NCBI GenBank assembly: GCA_020860185.1 | Contig: JAJBUT010000212.1 | Coordinates: 1-40,679 of the forward strand | Source of the DNA: Lachnospiraceae bacterium | GTDB taxonomy: Bacteria > Bacillota > Clostridia > Lachnospirales > Lachnospiraceae | Direction: 5' to 3' | DNA: 40,679 nt | Shown: piece by piece, positions 9,803-21,356 of the stretch | Layout of the letters: every line of letters starts with the position of its first letter | Numbering within the stretch: the first letter of the stretch is position 1 | Translations under genes and position numbers: made by a program | Notes under the pieces: model-generated | Seen by the model: only the letters and a program-made list of their open reading frames with translations | Database searches by the model: none | Told to the model about the DNA's origin: nothing

Positions 9803-11272
9803 TTAGAACATATCCGGAAGCCACTTCTTCGGATCAACATCCAGGAACTTTGACCTCTCAAAGTGCTCTTTCAGCTTGAACGGCATCGTGCAGTCAAAGA
9901 TCGTCTTGCAGGAAATACCGAGATCGCTGATCATCGGATTGTAGGATGTCTCCTGCGTGTGATCCAGCGGATGACATCTCACACCGGGGATCATCACCGT
10001 ATCAATATCTCCCTGATAGCGCGTATTCAGCGCCCAGAGAACGTCGTTGCTGTCGAACGGATCTACATCCTCGTCCACCAGAATGACATGCTTCAGCTCA
10101 GAGAACGCGGAGAACGCGAGCAGCGCGGCCTGACGCTGGCGTCCCTCATCACTCGGGATGCTCTTCTTGAACTGCATGATCGCCATGTACTTGCCGCCTC
10201 CCGACGGATGCGCATATACATTCAGCAGACGTCCGGGCATTGCAGTCTCTACCATATTAATAATGCTGGCTTCGGTGGGAAGCCCCGCCATATGCACATG
10301 CTCCTCGGAAGGACCAATCGTGGTCTGCATGATCGGGTTCACTCTGTGTGTCACAGCCGTCACCTTGATAATCGGAACCATCGGAGCGGGGCCGGTCTGT
10401 CCCGGGAACTCGGGCATTGCCTTGCCTGTGCCTGTGGAACGATCCTCCGGCACTCTGTCATGAGGCATCAGCAGACCCTCAATGACGTACTCCGCATTTG
10501 CAACCGCCGTCTCATCAATTGTCAGACATTTACACAGCTCCACCGGTTTCTGACGGATCGCACCCGCGCAGCCCAGCTCATTATATCCGATCGGGGTCGT
10601 CGGCGGCTCAAAGCCGGACGCCAGATAGATCGCCGGATCCAGACCAATACTGACAGAAATCGGCATCGGCTTATTCAGCTTCTCATACTTATCATAGAAC
10701 GCGCCCAGATGTCTCGCACCCGGCGTGATCCACATCGACATCTCATCCGCGCTCTGCAGACAGAGTCTGTGAATCGTCACGTCGGTATCGCCGTTCTCCG
10801 GATCAGTACCCGCGCAGAGCCCCATCGTCACATACGGACCCGCATCCTCCGGCGTGTTCGTCGGAGCAGGCACGAGCTTGCGAAGATCAAAGCCCTCGTC
10901 CGTCGCATAATGTACAACCTCCTGACACGGAGGCTTTTCTCCGGTATATGCCACCGGCGGGATCGGCGTCTTTACGGCATCGCGCATATAAAAACCCAGA
11001 CGCTCCGGCTCCACATCCAGAAGCGCCGCCACCCTCTTGCGGCTCGCCAGCACACCGATGATCACTCTCGCGTCCGGATGTCCCTTGATACTGTTAAACA
11101 TCATGGCCGGGCCGATTTTCGTCGGGCGCATCACGGTGCCGCCGGCTCCGACATGACGGTAAACGCCGGAGAGCTCCGCTTTCGGATCCACTTCCACATC
11201 CGTCTCCACATACTCTCCCGGAAGGCTTTTGAGCAGGTCGATCGCTGAACGCAGATCAATTACGTTGTTCAT
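9803..11272 (-). CDS. lpdC: UbiD-family gallate/protocatechuate decarboxylase catalytic subunit (LpdC/AroY type)
   Basis: ETDVEVDPKAELSGVYRHVGAGGTVMRPT-x2-GPAMMFN, TIHRLC, AMPEFPG, EEH, GGGK, DEGRQRQAALLAFSAFSELK and CHPLD match LpdC/AroY; start ATG 11272 after GAAGGAGG. Confidence 0.92.
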   Translation of the reverse strand: MNNVIDLRSAIDLLKSLPGEYVETDVEVDPKAELSGVYRHVGAGGTVMRPTKIGPAMMFNSIKGHPDARVIIGVLASRKRVAALLDVEPERLGFYMRDAVKTPIPPVAYTGEKPPCQEVVHYATDEGFDLRKLVPAPTNTPEDAGPYVTMGLCAGTDPENGDTDVTIHRLCLQSADEMSMWITPGARHLGAFYDKYEKLNKPMPISVSIGLDPAIYLASGFEPPTTPIGYNELGCAGAIRQKPVELCKCLTIDETAVANAEYVIEGLLMPHDRVPEDRSTGTGKAMPEFPGQTGPAPMVPIIKVTAVTHRVNPIMQTTIGPSEEHVHMAGLPTEASIINMVETAMPGRLLNVYAHPSGGGKYMAIMQFKKSIPSDEGRQRQAALLAFSAFSELKHVILVDEDVDPFDSNDVLWALNTRYQGDIDTVMIPGVRCHPLDHTQETSYNPMISDLGISCKTIFDCTMPFKLKEHFERSKFLDVDPKKWLPDMF

Positions 11273-11350
11273 AATAAACTCCTCCTTCATAAATACATGG
11301 CAGATTTATACAAAAAAACTGCCGAAATCCAATTTTCTCTACTCCTTTTC

Positions 11351-11382
11351 AGTATAACACTGTATAGCTGATATACAGATAT
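11351..11382 (-). promoter_or_regulatory. lpdC promoter: extended -10 (TGTTATACT) with operator CTGTATAT-CAG-CTATACAG; poor -35
   Basis: Dyad at 11360-11378; -10 at 11351-11356 on the minus strand. Confidence 0.7.
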
Positions 11383-11462
11383 TCCTTTTTAGATTAAAAT
11401 TTTCACAATTTTTCACATAAATTTCTGTGCAACATTACCATCCGCAAAAAACAATCTTTCTT

Positions 11463-11492
11463 TTGACTGTATAGCGCTATACAGATTATAAT
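11463..11492 (+). promoter_or_regulatory. lpdB/ubiX promoter: TTGACT-18bp-TATAAT with perfect palindrome CTGTATAGCGCTATACAG
   Basis: Direct read; palindrome at 11467-11484. Confidence 0.85.
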
Positions 11493-11569
11493 AAAAAAAG
11501 CAGTGTCTGATCGGAGCCGGTCACGGACATCCATGTATCCATACAGCCGCTGCGGAAGGAGATTTTTTT

Positions 11570-12130
11570 ATGAAGCGTTTGATCATCGGCATCAGCGGAG
11601 CCAGCGGTATTCCCATCGCCGTCAGTGTACTGCGCGCTCTGCGGGAACTGCCTGACTGGACGAGTTGTCTCGTCATCTCCAAAGGCGGAGAAAAAACCAT
11701 CGAACTGGAGTCCGATTACACAGTGAGAGAGATCACCGCCCTGGCGGATGAGCTCTACGACAATACCAATGTCGGCGCCTCTATCGCCAGCGGCACCTAC
11801 CGGACCGAAGGCATGATCGTCGTGCCATGCAGCATGAAGACGGTCTCCGGTATCGCAAACGGCTACTCGGATACGCTGCTTCTACGCGCAGCCGACGTCG
11901 TGATCAAGGAACGGCGGAAGCTGCTCCTTGTAGCGCGGGAGACCCCCTTAAGTACCATACATCTTAAGAATATGCTTTCCCTCTCGCAGATGGGTGTGAT
12001 TATCATGCCGCCCATGCAGACTTACTACAATCGCCCGGAGACTGTGCAGGATATGACCGACCATATGACCGGCAAGATTCTGGACGTTTTCGGTATCGAT
12101 TACCACCGCTTCCGCCGGTGGAATCCATAA
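11570..12130 (+). CDS. ubiX: Flavin prenyltransferase UbiX (LpdB)
   Basis: IIGISGASG, ASIASG, VPCSMKT, RAADV-x2-KERR, RETPL and YNRP motifs; divergent from lpdC. Confidence 0.96.
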   Translation: MKRLIIGISGASGIPIAVSVLRALRELPDWTSCLVISKGGEKTIELESDYTVREITALADELYDNTNVGASIASGTYRTEGMIVVPCSMKTVSGIANGYSDTLLLRAADVVIKERRKLLLVARETPLSTIHLKNMLSLSQMGVIIMPPMQTYYNRPETVQDMTDHMTGKILDVFGIDYHRFRRWNP

Positions 12131-12230
12131 ACCACAAGAGAGATCTGTTTCATTCGCGCCGTGAGGAGTCCATGTTGCCAAACGGCGCAAATGCATTCAA
12201 ATCTGAAAATGCGTATGAACACATCCGTGC

Positions 12231-12665
12231 TCATACGCATTTTACATCGTCAGAAACAACGCTTCCAGACTCTTTCTTACATCCTGACGCGCTGAGTGCC
12301 AGGGCAATCTCATGCCCCATTTTCTCCACTGCAGCCGACACTTCCCGGATCTGATCCTCAGAAATATTGTCGATATGGAACCCGCCGGCACAAACCGTCA
12401 CCGTTCCCAGCATACTGCAAAACATCTCTGCCGTCCGCCGGCAGAGGACTTCGTCTTTATGCCCTGTCACATTCAGCACGGAGGAGGTGGTACTCATGGC
12501 TCCGCTGCCGGTTAAGGACTGACGCGGCACAGCCAGGACAGTACAGCCAATATGCGGCTTTCGTCCGCCCTGCAGGAACACGAGAAGATCCTCTCCTGCC
12601 CTCGCCACATTCATTTCAACGGGAAAGCCTGCGGCTTCTCCCTGTTTTGTGATCAACCAGTCCAT
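12231..12665 (-). CDS. lpdD: LpdD-family prenylated-FMN chaperone (gallate decarboxylase accessory protein)
   Basis: GEDLLV-x3-GG-x2-PHIG, GHKD and GFHIDNIS-x2-QI motifs as in LpdD; next to ubiX and lpdC. Confidence 0.85.
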   Translation of the reverse strand: MDWLITKQGEAAGFPVEMNVARAGEDLLVFLQGGRKPHIGCTVLAVPRQSLTGSGAMSTTSSVLNVTGHKDEVLCRRTAEMFCSMLGTVTVCAGGFHIDNISEDQIREVSAAVEKMGHEIALALSASGCKKESGSVVSDDVKCV

Positions 12666-12711
12666 TCCTATTGCCTTTCACCACAAGCTGTAAACCTGAA
12701 TCACACTATAC

Positions 12712-12742
12712 ACTATACGATATATAGCGGCTATACACGCAA
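12712..12742 (-). promoter_or_regulatory. MerR-type promoter of lpdD: TTGCGT-19bp-TATAGT with operator GTGTATAG-CCG-CTATATAT
   Basis: Minus strand ttgcgtgtatagccgctatatatcgtatagt. Confidence 0.75.
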
Positions 12743-12844
12743 GACTTTTTTATAAAAAACCGAAAAAAATCCACCTGTGTGGTTGAATGATCTTCGGAGC
12801 ATCCAACCCGACTCCTGCATGCGCCGGGAACAACAGAAAAACAG

Positions 12845-14041
12845 TCAGACAACAGTTCTTGTTTTCTTCGACAGCTTCAGGAATATCAGGCCGAACAGCA
12901 TCAGCAGGGAAAAAATCGTACCAAACAGAAATCCCGTCTGAAGATCATCCCCGAACCGCACGGAGACGGCCCCGGTGATGGCCGGTCCCGCGCCGCAGCC
13001 CAGATCACCCGCCAGCGCAAGAAAACCAAACAGTGCTGTCCCGCCCTTCGGCATGAGCTTTGAGGCAAACGTAAATGAGCCCGGCCACATCACACCGTTG
13101 GAAAATCCCGCTATGGCGCACGCCGCCAGCGCAACAGCCGCCGAACCTGAAAGCCCGATGACGACATAACAACCGCCGCATACAATCGTACAGGCCAGCA
13201 TAAACTGCCACAGCTTCGCGTCGTTTCCCTTCTTCCCATACCAGGTTCTCTCCGCACCCTTCATCGCGGCAAACAGACACGGACCCAGCAGGTCACCCAC
13301 CGCTTTGGATACATGCAGCCCTTCCTCCGCGAAATCGGATGCCCACTGGGCGATCGCCATCTCACAGGAGCCGGCGCAGAACATGAAAAGCAGGAGCAGC
13401 CAGAACAGACCCGAACCCGCCAGCGTGCGCACCGGCATCCGCTCCTCCTTTGATACCAGCTCGTACATGGGAACGAACAGAAAAAAAACCGCGTTCACCA
13501 GCGGAAGCAACGCCCACAAAACCGCCAGAAGCTTCCATTTCTCTATACCCGCCAACTGAAAAAAAACTGTGGAAACCAGAATCACGATCACACTGCCCCA
13601 GCAGTAGAACGAGTGGAGCATACTGACTGCCTTGTCCTTGCGTTCAATCGGACAAGCCTCCACAATGGGAGTCAGAAGCACCTCCGTCAGACCGCCTCCC
13701 GCTCCGTAAATGACGACCGCCAGGACCAGGCCGGAAAACGGATTCCGAAACAGTTCCGGCAGGTACGCCAGCCCGCTGATGCCGGCCGCCGCCAGGATAT
13801 GCGCCAGAAAAACGCACTTCCGGTATCCGAACCGGTCCGCAAACGCAGAAGCAAAGAAATCCACCACGATCTGCGCGCCGAAGTTCACTGCGATCAGTGC
13901 GGATACCTGCGAAAGACTGATCTCATACTGTGTCTGGAACGTCACAAACAGAAGCGGCGCAAACGTATTGATCATGGACTGGACGACATAGCCGACGGAG
14001 GAAGCCCGCACCGTCTGATGATAATTCTCTGTTCGTCTCAT
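12845..14041 (-). CDS. MFS transporter
   Basis: About 12 TM segments, motif A-like FADRFGYRK, LHSFYCWG; starts 3 nt after the dapL stop. Confidence 0.9.
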   Translation of the reverse strand: MRRTENYHQTVRASSVGYVVQSMINTFAPLLFVTFQTQYEISLSQVSALIAVNFGAQIVVDFFASAFADRFGYRKCVFLAHILAAAGISGLAYLPELFRNPFSGLVLAVVIYGAGGGLTEVLLTPIVEACPIERKDKAVSMLHSFYCWGSVIVILVSTVFFQLAGIEKWKLLAVLWALLPLVNAVFFLFVPMYELVSKEERMPVRTLAGSGLFWLLLLFMFCAGSCEMAIAQWASDFAEEGLHVSKAVGDLLGPCLFAAMKGAERTWYGKKGNDAKLWQFMLACTIVCGGCYVVIGLSGSAAVALAACAIAGFSNGVMWPGSFTFASKLMPKGGTALFGFLALAGDLGCGAGPAITGAVSVRFGDDLQTGFLFGTIFSLLMLFGLIFLKLSKKTRTVV

Positions 14042-14044
14042 ACT

Positions 14045-15259
14045 CTACAGTTTCTTAATGCGTTCCAGCGCCGCCAGCGTGTTCTCATATGTACCAAACG
14101 CCGTCAGCCGGAAGTACCCCTCGCCGCTGGGTCCGAATCCGGATCCCGGCGTGCCGACCACATTGGCTGTCTCAAGCAGGTAGTCAAAGAACTCCCAGGA
14201 GGTCATCTGATCCGGCGTCTTCAGCCAGATATACGGCGCATTCACACCGCCGAATGTCTCAAAGCCCGCCTCCGTCAGACCGTTCCGGATCGCGGCGGCA
14301 TTCTTCATATAATAAGCGATCTGTCCCGCAAGCTGCGCCTTGCCGGCCTCGCTGTACACCGCCTCGCCGGCGCGCTGCACGATGTACGGAGCGCCGTTGA
14401 ACTTCGTTCCGTGGCGTCTCGCCCACATCGCATGGAGAGAAACATCGCCGCATTTCAGTTCCTTCGGAACCACCGTGTACCCGAGGCGGACGCCGGTAAA
14501 TCCCGCGTTTTTGGAAAAGCTCTTCAGCTCGATCGCACAGGTCTTCGCACCTTCGCACTCATAGATCGTATGTGCCACATCACTCTCGGAAATGTAAGCC
14601 TCATAGGCGCCGTCGTAGATGATTACCGCACCGACCCGGTTCGCATAGTCCACCCATTCCTGCAGCTGCGCTTTCGTGAGCGTCGTCCCCGTCGGATTGT
14701 TCGGCAGGCACAGATAGATCATGTCCGGCGTCTCCCTCGGGAACTCCGGGACAAAGCCGTTTTCCTTCGTGCAGGGCATGTAGATCACCTTGCTCCACAC
14801 CTCGGATGACGGATCATACGTACCGGTTCTGCCGGCCATCACATTGGAATCTACATAAACCGGATAGACCGGATCGCAGACGGCGATGCGGTTGTCCACG
14901 GAAAAGATCTCCTGAATATTCCCGGAATCACTCTTCGCTCCGTCGGAGACGAAAATCTCATCTGCACTGATCTCGCAGCCCCGCGCCCGGTAATCATTCT
15001 GTGCAATGGCATCGCGCAGAAACTCATATCCGAGATCCGGCGCATACCCGCGGAAGGTCGCGGCGTCTCCCATCTCATCCACCGCACGGTGCAGCGCATC
15101 GATGATCGCCGGAGCCAGCGGCTGGGTGACATCACCAATGCCGAGACGGATCAGCGTCTTGTCCGGATGAGCCGTCTGATACTCGCTCACCTTTCGCGCA
15201 ATCGTACTGAACAGATAGCTGCCCGGCAGCTTCTGATAATTATCATTTACCTTGAACAT
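14045..15259 (-). CDS. dapL: LL-diaminopimelate aminotransferase
   Basis: [53 protein letters not shown] and YFRLTAF. Confidence 0.96.
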   Translation of the reverse strand: MFKVNDNYQKLPGSYLFSTIARKVSEYQTAHPDKTLIRLGIGDVTQPLAPAIIDALHRAVDEMGDAATFRGYAPDLGYEFLRDAIAQNDYRARGCEISADEIFVSDGAKSDSGNIQEIFSVDNRIAVCDPVYPVYVDSNVMAGRTGTYDPSSEVWSKVIYMPCTKENGFVPEFPRETPDMIYLCLPNNPTGTTLTKAQLQEWVDYANRVGAVIIYDGAYEAYISESDVAHTIYECEGAKTCAIELKSFSKNAGFTGVRLGYTVVPKELKCGDVSLHAMWARRHGTKFNGAPYIVQRAGEAVYSEAGKAQLAGQIAYYMKNAAAIRNGLTEAGFETFGGVNAPYIWLKTPDQMTSWEFFDYLLETANVVGTPGSGFGPSGEGYFRLTAFGTYENTLAALERIKKL

Positions 15260-15329
15260 ATGTACTCTCCTCTTCTTTAAACAGATTAACGCTTACAGTA
15301 TACACATTTCAGCATAAAAATTCAATACT

Positions 15330-15878
15330 CTACATATCCATCATACTCAGGATCATCTGCGCGGTCTCCGTAAAACTGGTACCGTTGTCCATGCTGGTTT
15401 TCTGGAGATAACGGTGCGCCTCCTCCTCCGTCATGTTATTCCGGCTCATCAGAATCCCCTTGGCACGGTCAATCAGCGCCTGCTCCTCATCCGACCGCTT
15501 CCGCGGTTGCTGTCGCCGCCGTCTTTTTGCTCTCTCGACGCTGTAGGAGACCATCTCAACAGTAGAGACCAGCTCATGTACCCTGAGCGGCTGCGACAGG
15601 CTGACCACATCGGGATCGCCGTTTTCCGCCCAGTCCTCCTTCGACGTAATCGCAACCATCTGAAACCCGGCAGGAAGATATTCTTTTAATTCGCGGTAAA
15701 TCATATCCGGCAGGCGGTAGCTGCAGATCATCACGCCGTACTGCAGTTCATTTGCCTCCTGAATAGCCTGCGCTCCGTTCGTACAGATGCCGGTCACCTG
15801 AAAACCACTTCGGACTAATATTGATTTTATTTTTTTCCCGGTATCCGCTTTGGGAAATACAACAATAATTCCTGTCAA
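15330..15878 (-). CDS. ANTAR-domain RNA-binding regulator with pseudo-receiver domain (NitR-like)
   Basis: C-terminal IDRAKGILM-x3-NMTEEEAHRYLQKTSMD; TTG start; directly downstream of glnA. Confidence 0.88.
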   Translation of the reverse strand: MTGIIVVFPKADTGKKIKSILVRSGFQVTGICTNGAQAIQEANELQYGVMICSYRLPDMIYRELKEYLPAGFQMVAITSKEDWAENGDPDVVSLSQPLRVHELVSTVEMVSYSVERAKRRRRQQPRKRSDEEQALIDRAKGILMSRNNMTEEEAHRYLQKTSMDNGTSFTETAQMILSMMDM

Positions 15879-15893
15879 GCTCAGCTGCCCCTT

Positions 15894-17225
15894 TTAGTAT
15901 TTATTCAGATATTCCGCCAGTTCCCATGCACTGACGGTGTGGCAATAGGCATTCCATTCCTTTTTCTTTGTCTCCAGATAAGCTCTGTAAATATGATCTC
16001 CCAGCACCTCACGCACAAAGCTGTCCTGCTCCATGGCATCCAGGGCGATCTTCAGATTCTCCGGCAGCTTCTTCACGCCGAGCTCCTCACACTCAGCGTC
16101 AGAGAGATCGTAGATATTTTTCGCAATGCGCGCAGGCGGCAGAATCTGATGTTTAATGCCGTCCATACCGGCCGCCAGACAGAGCGCCAGCACCAGATAT
16201 GGATTCGCCGCCGAATCCGGACTGCGCAGCTCAATGCGCATGCCGCCGTCCCGGGTCGAAGGAATGCGGATCAGCGGGCTTCTGTTTTTCACGGACCACG
16301 CGATGTGAACCGGCGCCTCAAAGCCGGAAACCAGCCGTTTGTAAGAATTCACCAGCGGGTTCGTGACCGCGCACATGCCATAGACATGCTTCATCAGCCC
16401 TCCGATAAAATAATATGCCTCCCTGCTCAGTCCGTTCTCATCCGAAGGATCGGCAAATATATTTTTGCCGTCCCTTGAGAGCGATATATTGATGTGCATG
16501 CCGGATCCGTTCACACCGGACTTTGGTTTCGGCATAAAAGTAGCATACATACCGTGCCGTTTGGCGATGGTCTTCACCGCCAGCTTGAACGTCATGATAT
16601 TGTCCGCCGCGTGAAGCGCGGGCTCATACTTAAAATCAATCTCATGCTGTCCAGGAGCCGCCTCGTGGTGGGAAGACTCGATCTCAAAGCCCATATCCTC
16701 CAGAGTAAGCACCATATCGCGGCGGGCATTCTCTCCGAAATCATTCGGACCCATCTCGAAATATCCGGCAATCTCCCCGGTCTCCGTCGTCGGGCGTCCC
16801 TGATCGTCCGTATTAAAAAGGAAGAACTCACACTCCGAACCGATCTCACAGACATACCCCATCTCATGAACCTCCCGCACCATTTTTTTCAGCGCCAGAC
16901 GCGGGTCTCCCTCAAACGGCGTACCGTCCGGGCCGCAGATATCACAGATAAACCGCGCCACCTTGCCCTGCTGCGGACGCCAGGGAAAAATCGTAAACGT
17001 ATCCAGATCCGGATGCAGATACATATCCGACTCCTCAACCCGCACGAAACCCTCGATGGACGATCCGTCAAACATATAGCAGTTATCCAGCGCCTTCTCC
17101 AGCTGGCTGCTCGTGATCGCCACGTTTTTTAAACCTCCTGAGATATCGGTGAACTGGAGACGGATGAACTCAACATCCTCCTCCTCCACCATACGCATGA
17201 TGTCCTGTTTCGTATATTTGCCCAT
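15894..17225 (-). CDS. glnA: Glutamine synthetase type I
   Basis: IRLQFTD, FDGSSIEGF, SHHE-x-APGQHEIDF, ATFMPKP, NGSGMH, NSYKRLV and RIELRSPD. Confidence 0.97.
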   Translation of the reverse strand: MGKYTKQDIMRMVEEEDVEFIRLQFTDISGGLKNVAITSSQLEKALDNCYMFDGSSIEGFVRVEESDMYLHPDLDTFTIFPWRPQQGKVARFICDICGPDGTPFEGDPRLALKKMVREVHEMGYVCEIGSECEFFLFNTDDQGRPTTETGEIAGYFEMGPNDFGENARRDMVLTLEDMGFEIESSHHEAAPGQHEIDFKYEPALHAADNIMTFKLAVKTIAKRHGMYATFMPKPKSGVNGSGMHINISLSRDGKNIFADPSDENGLSREAYYFIGGLMKHVYGMCAVTNPLVNSYKRLVSGFEAPVHIAWSVKNRSPLIRIPSTRDGGMRIELRSPDSAANPYLVLALCLAAGMDGIKHQILPPARIAKNIYDLSDAECEELGVKKLPENLKIALDAMEQDSFVREVLGDHIYRAYLETKKKEWNAYCHTVSAWELAEYLNKY

Positions 17226-17314
17226 TGTACCCTCCCGATTTTAAAAATAGTATTTATGTTATAAATAATGAAATCTTCTGAATCTATTCATCCCGCAATC
17301 CCGGAAAACTTCCC

Positions 17315-18100
17315 TCATGATACTTTGTGTGAAAGGAATTCCAGCACATCCTCAAATTTCATGTTTCCTCCGAAGATATCCAGAGCGCTCCCGATCGTCA
17401 CATGCAGATGATCCTGCCCCCATTCCCGCAGCTGCGTCAGATGTTCGAAACTGCCGACCCCGCCGGCGTAGGTGACCGGGATCCGATGCCACCTGCCGAG
17501 CATCTCGACCAGACCGCGCTCAATGCCGGAGGCTTTTCCCTCCACATCCGCCGCATGTATGAGAAACTCATCCGCATAATCCGACAGGCGATCCAGCAGA
17601 GCTTCCGAGATCCTCTCATCCGTGAACCTCTGCCAGCGATCTGTCACGATATAATAGGCTCCGTCCCTCTTCCGGCAGCTTAAGTCCAGCACAAGATGTT
17701 CTCTCCCGGTGACGGCGCAGAGCTTTTCCAGGTTATCATAATTCACAACTCCGTTTCGGAACACCCAGGATGTGACGATCACATGGGACGCTCCCGCCTC
17801 CAGAAACTCCGGCGCGTTATCCGGCGTCATCCCGCCGCCTGCCTGCAGCATACCCGGAGCCGCGCGCAGCGCCGACAGCGCCTGACGCTTTGTCTCTGCA
17901 TAATACGGTGAATCCTTCGCGTTCAGCAAAATGACATGCCCGCCCCGGATCTGATACCGCCGGTAAAGCCGCGCATAGAACGCGGCATCCTGCTCCGAGA
18001 CAAAATTCTCCTCTGCCCTGTCCCCGGCGTCCCGCAGAGAACCGCCCACGATCTGTTTCACCTTTCCATTGTGAATATCAATACAGGGTCGAAATTTCAT
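17315..18100 (-). CDS. hisA: Phosphoribosylformimino-5-aminoimidazole carboxamide ribotide isomerase, His6/eukaryote-like type
   Basis: MKFRPCIDIHNGKVKQIVGG, ASHVIVTS, LVLDLSCR, EFLIHAADVEGK, TYAGG and GSALDIFGG. Confidence 0.92.
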   Translation of the reverse strand: MKFRPCIDIHNGKVKQIVGGSLRDAGDRAEENFVSEQDAAFYARLYRRYQIRGGHVILLNAKDSPYYAETKRQALSALRAAPGMLQAGGGMTPDNAPEFLEAGASHVIVTSWVFRNGVVNYDNLEKLCAVTGREHLVLDLSCRKRDGAYYIVTDRWQRFTDERISEALLDRLSDYADEFLIHAADVEGKASGIERGLVEMLGRWHRIPVTYAGGVGSFEHLTQLREWGQDHLHVTIGSALDIFGGNMKFEDVLEFLSHKVS

Positions 18101-18209
18101 TCCAACACTCCTTATCCGACAGAAGGAGGACGAAATGACCGATTTAAGTCATCATATCCACGTTCGTGACGGCAATTCCTTCATCAAAAACAAAACACCT
18201 CTCCCATAA

Positions 18210-19865
<1,656 letters not shown>

Positions 19866-19879
19866 TTCAAAACAGTTCC

Positions 19880-19910
19880 TTACAGCCACTCATACACAGA
19901 GTGGCTGTAA
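19880..19910. terminator. Stem-loop after guaB (no clear U-tract, so read-through into mobAB is possible)
   Basis: TTACAGCCACTC / GAGTGGCTGTAA 12-bp perfect stem. Confidence 0.55.
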
Positions 19911-19954
19911 ATAACAGTATATCTCAGTAAACCCAATCTTGTCCGGAGGTATCT

Positions 19955-21121
19955 ATGAAAAAAGCACTTGTCATTTTATGCGGCGGCCTGTCCACCCGGA
20001 TGGGGACCAGCAAGACCTTCCTTCCGTTTGGCAGCACCTCCCTGTTAAAATATCAGATCGCCCGCTTCCGGCCATTTTTCGAGACGATCTATCTGTCCGT
20101 ACCCTCGCAGGAGGACGACCGGTTCCCCTATGAGGATTACTGCGGCTGCAAAGCCATTCCGGACGCATATGCCAGAATCGGTCCCATGGGCGGTCTGTTC
20201 AGCTGTCTCGGCAGCGTACCGGAGGATATGCTTTTTTTTACGCCGATAGACGCTCCTTTCACGAATCCGGCTCTCGCCGCCGAGATCTGTGCGCAGCTGG
20301 AAGCGGATGAGACAAAATACGCCTGCGCGATTCAGAATCCCGAGGGCCGCATACAGCCGCTCTTCACCGCATATACCAGGCGCTGCCTGCCCGTGATCGA
20401 GGATCTCATCCAAAAAAAATCCTACCGTCTGAAGTTTATCCTGACCCCGGCCGACACCCTGATTCTGGACCGTTTTCTTCCGCCGGAGCAGTTTTTCAAT
20501 ATGAACGATCCGCAGTCCTACTACTATGCTCTGCAAAAGCTGTCCGCCGAACGCCCGGGTGAGTTTCCGCCGGACTTCGGGAAGCAGATGAAGACAGGCT
20601 CCCGTCCTGTTCCCGTTCTGTCCTTTACCGCAAAATCGGGGACCGGGAAAACGACCTATCTGGAGAAGCTGATCCCGCTCCTGAAGCAAAACCAACTGCG
20701 GATCGCGGTCGTCAAACACGATGCCCACGGTTTCCAGATCGACAAGCCGGGCAAGGACAGCTACCGCCTGACGCAGGCGGGCGCCGACCATATGGTTCTG
20801 ACCAGCGAGGATCAGACCGCGGCCATCCTCTCCCATCAATCAGAAAACCCGTCACTGGAGAGCATCCTGGCCCGAATTGAGAATGTTGATTTCATTATCA
20901 CAGAGGGCTATAAACTCGGCAGCCAGAAAAAGATTCATCTGCTCCGCAGAGGACACAATGAAACACCCGTGGGGAATCCGGAAAATACGATCGCGTATGT
21001 CACAGATTTTCCCTTCGAAGCAGACGTACCGGTATTCGATCTGAACCGACCGGAGGATATCCTCCCGTTTTTAATGGACTATATCCGCGGCTTTTCCGCT
21101 TCGCCTGAGCCGAGGACCTGA
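19955..21121 (+). CDS. mobAB: Fused molybdenum cofactor guanylyltransferase MobA / MGD biosynthesis protein MobB
   Basis: N-terminal LCGGLSTRMG-x2-K, GPMGG, QPL and FFNMNDP (MobA); C-terminal KSGTGKTT, VKHDAH, DKPGKDS and EGYK (MobB). Confidence 0.92.
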   Translation: MKKALVILCGGLSTRMGTSKTFLPFGSTSLLKYQIARFRPFFETIYLSVPSQEDDRFPYEDYCGCKAIPDAYARIGPMGGLFSCLGSVPEDMLFFTPIDAPFTNPALAAEICAQLEADETKYACAIQNPEGRIQPLFTAYTRRCLPVIEDLIQKKSYRLKFILTPADTLILDRFLPPEQFFNMNDPQSYYYALQKLSAERPGEFPPDFGKQMKTGSRPVPVLSFTAKSGTGKTTYLEKLIPLLKQNQLRIAVVKHDAHGFQIDKPGKDSYRLTQAGADHMVLTSEDQTAAILSHQSENPSLESILARIENVDFIITEGYKLGSQKKIHLLRRGHNETPVGNPENTIAYVTDFPFEADVPVFDLNRPEDILPFLMDYIRGFSASPEPRT

Positions 21122-21356
21122 GGCCGGTTACAGCTTTATATTGTCCCCTTTATCTGAAACAGGATTGTATACAAGTGTTAGTTGTACTGTACTGTAATCC
21201 ATATTTCGAATCATAAATTGCATTTTCCGAATCACTGGAATACCAAAAAAATATTAAAATAATACATATAGAATTCATTCTGCTGCATCCATTCTCCGGG
21301 ACGGATGATCAGCAGGTGAAATGGGGCGGAAATATTGCAAAAAGGGGGCAGGATAC

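Noticed and set aside
9863-11248. 461-aa plus-strand ORF
   Set aside because: Antisense shadow of lpdC; Arg/His-rich, no SD or family motif
13613-14809. 398-aa plus-strand ORF
   Set aside because: Antisense to dapL and the MFS gene; typical shadow frame of GC-rich codon usage
21182-21215. Autoregulatory operator upstream of merR
   Set aside because: CTGTACTG resembles a half-site only; the second half and promoter boxes do not fit
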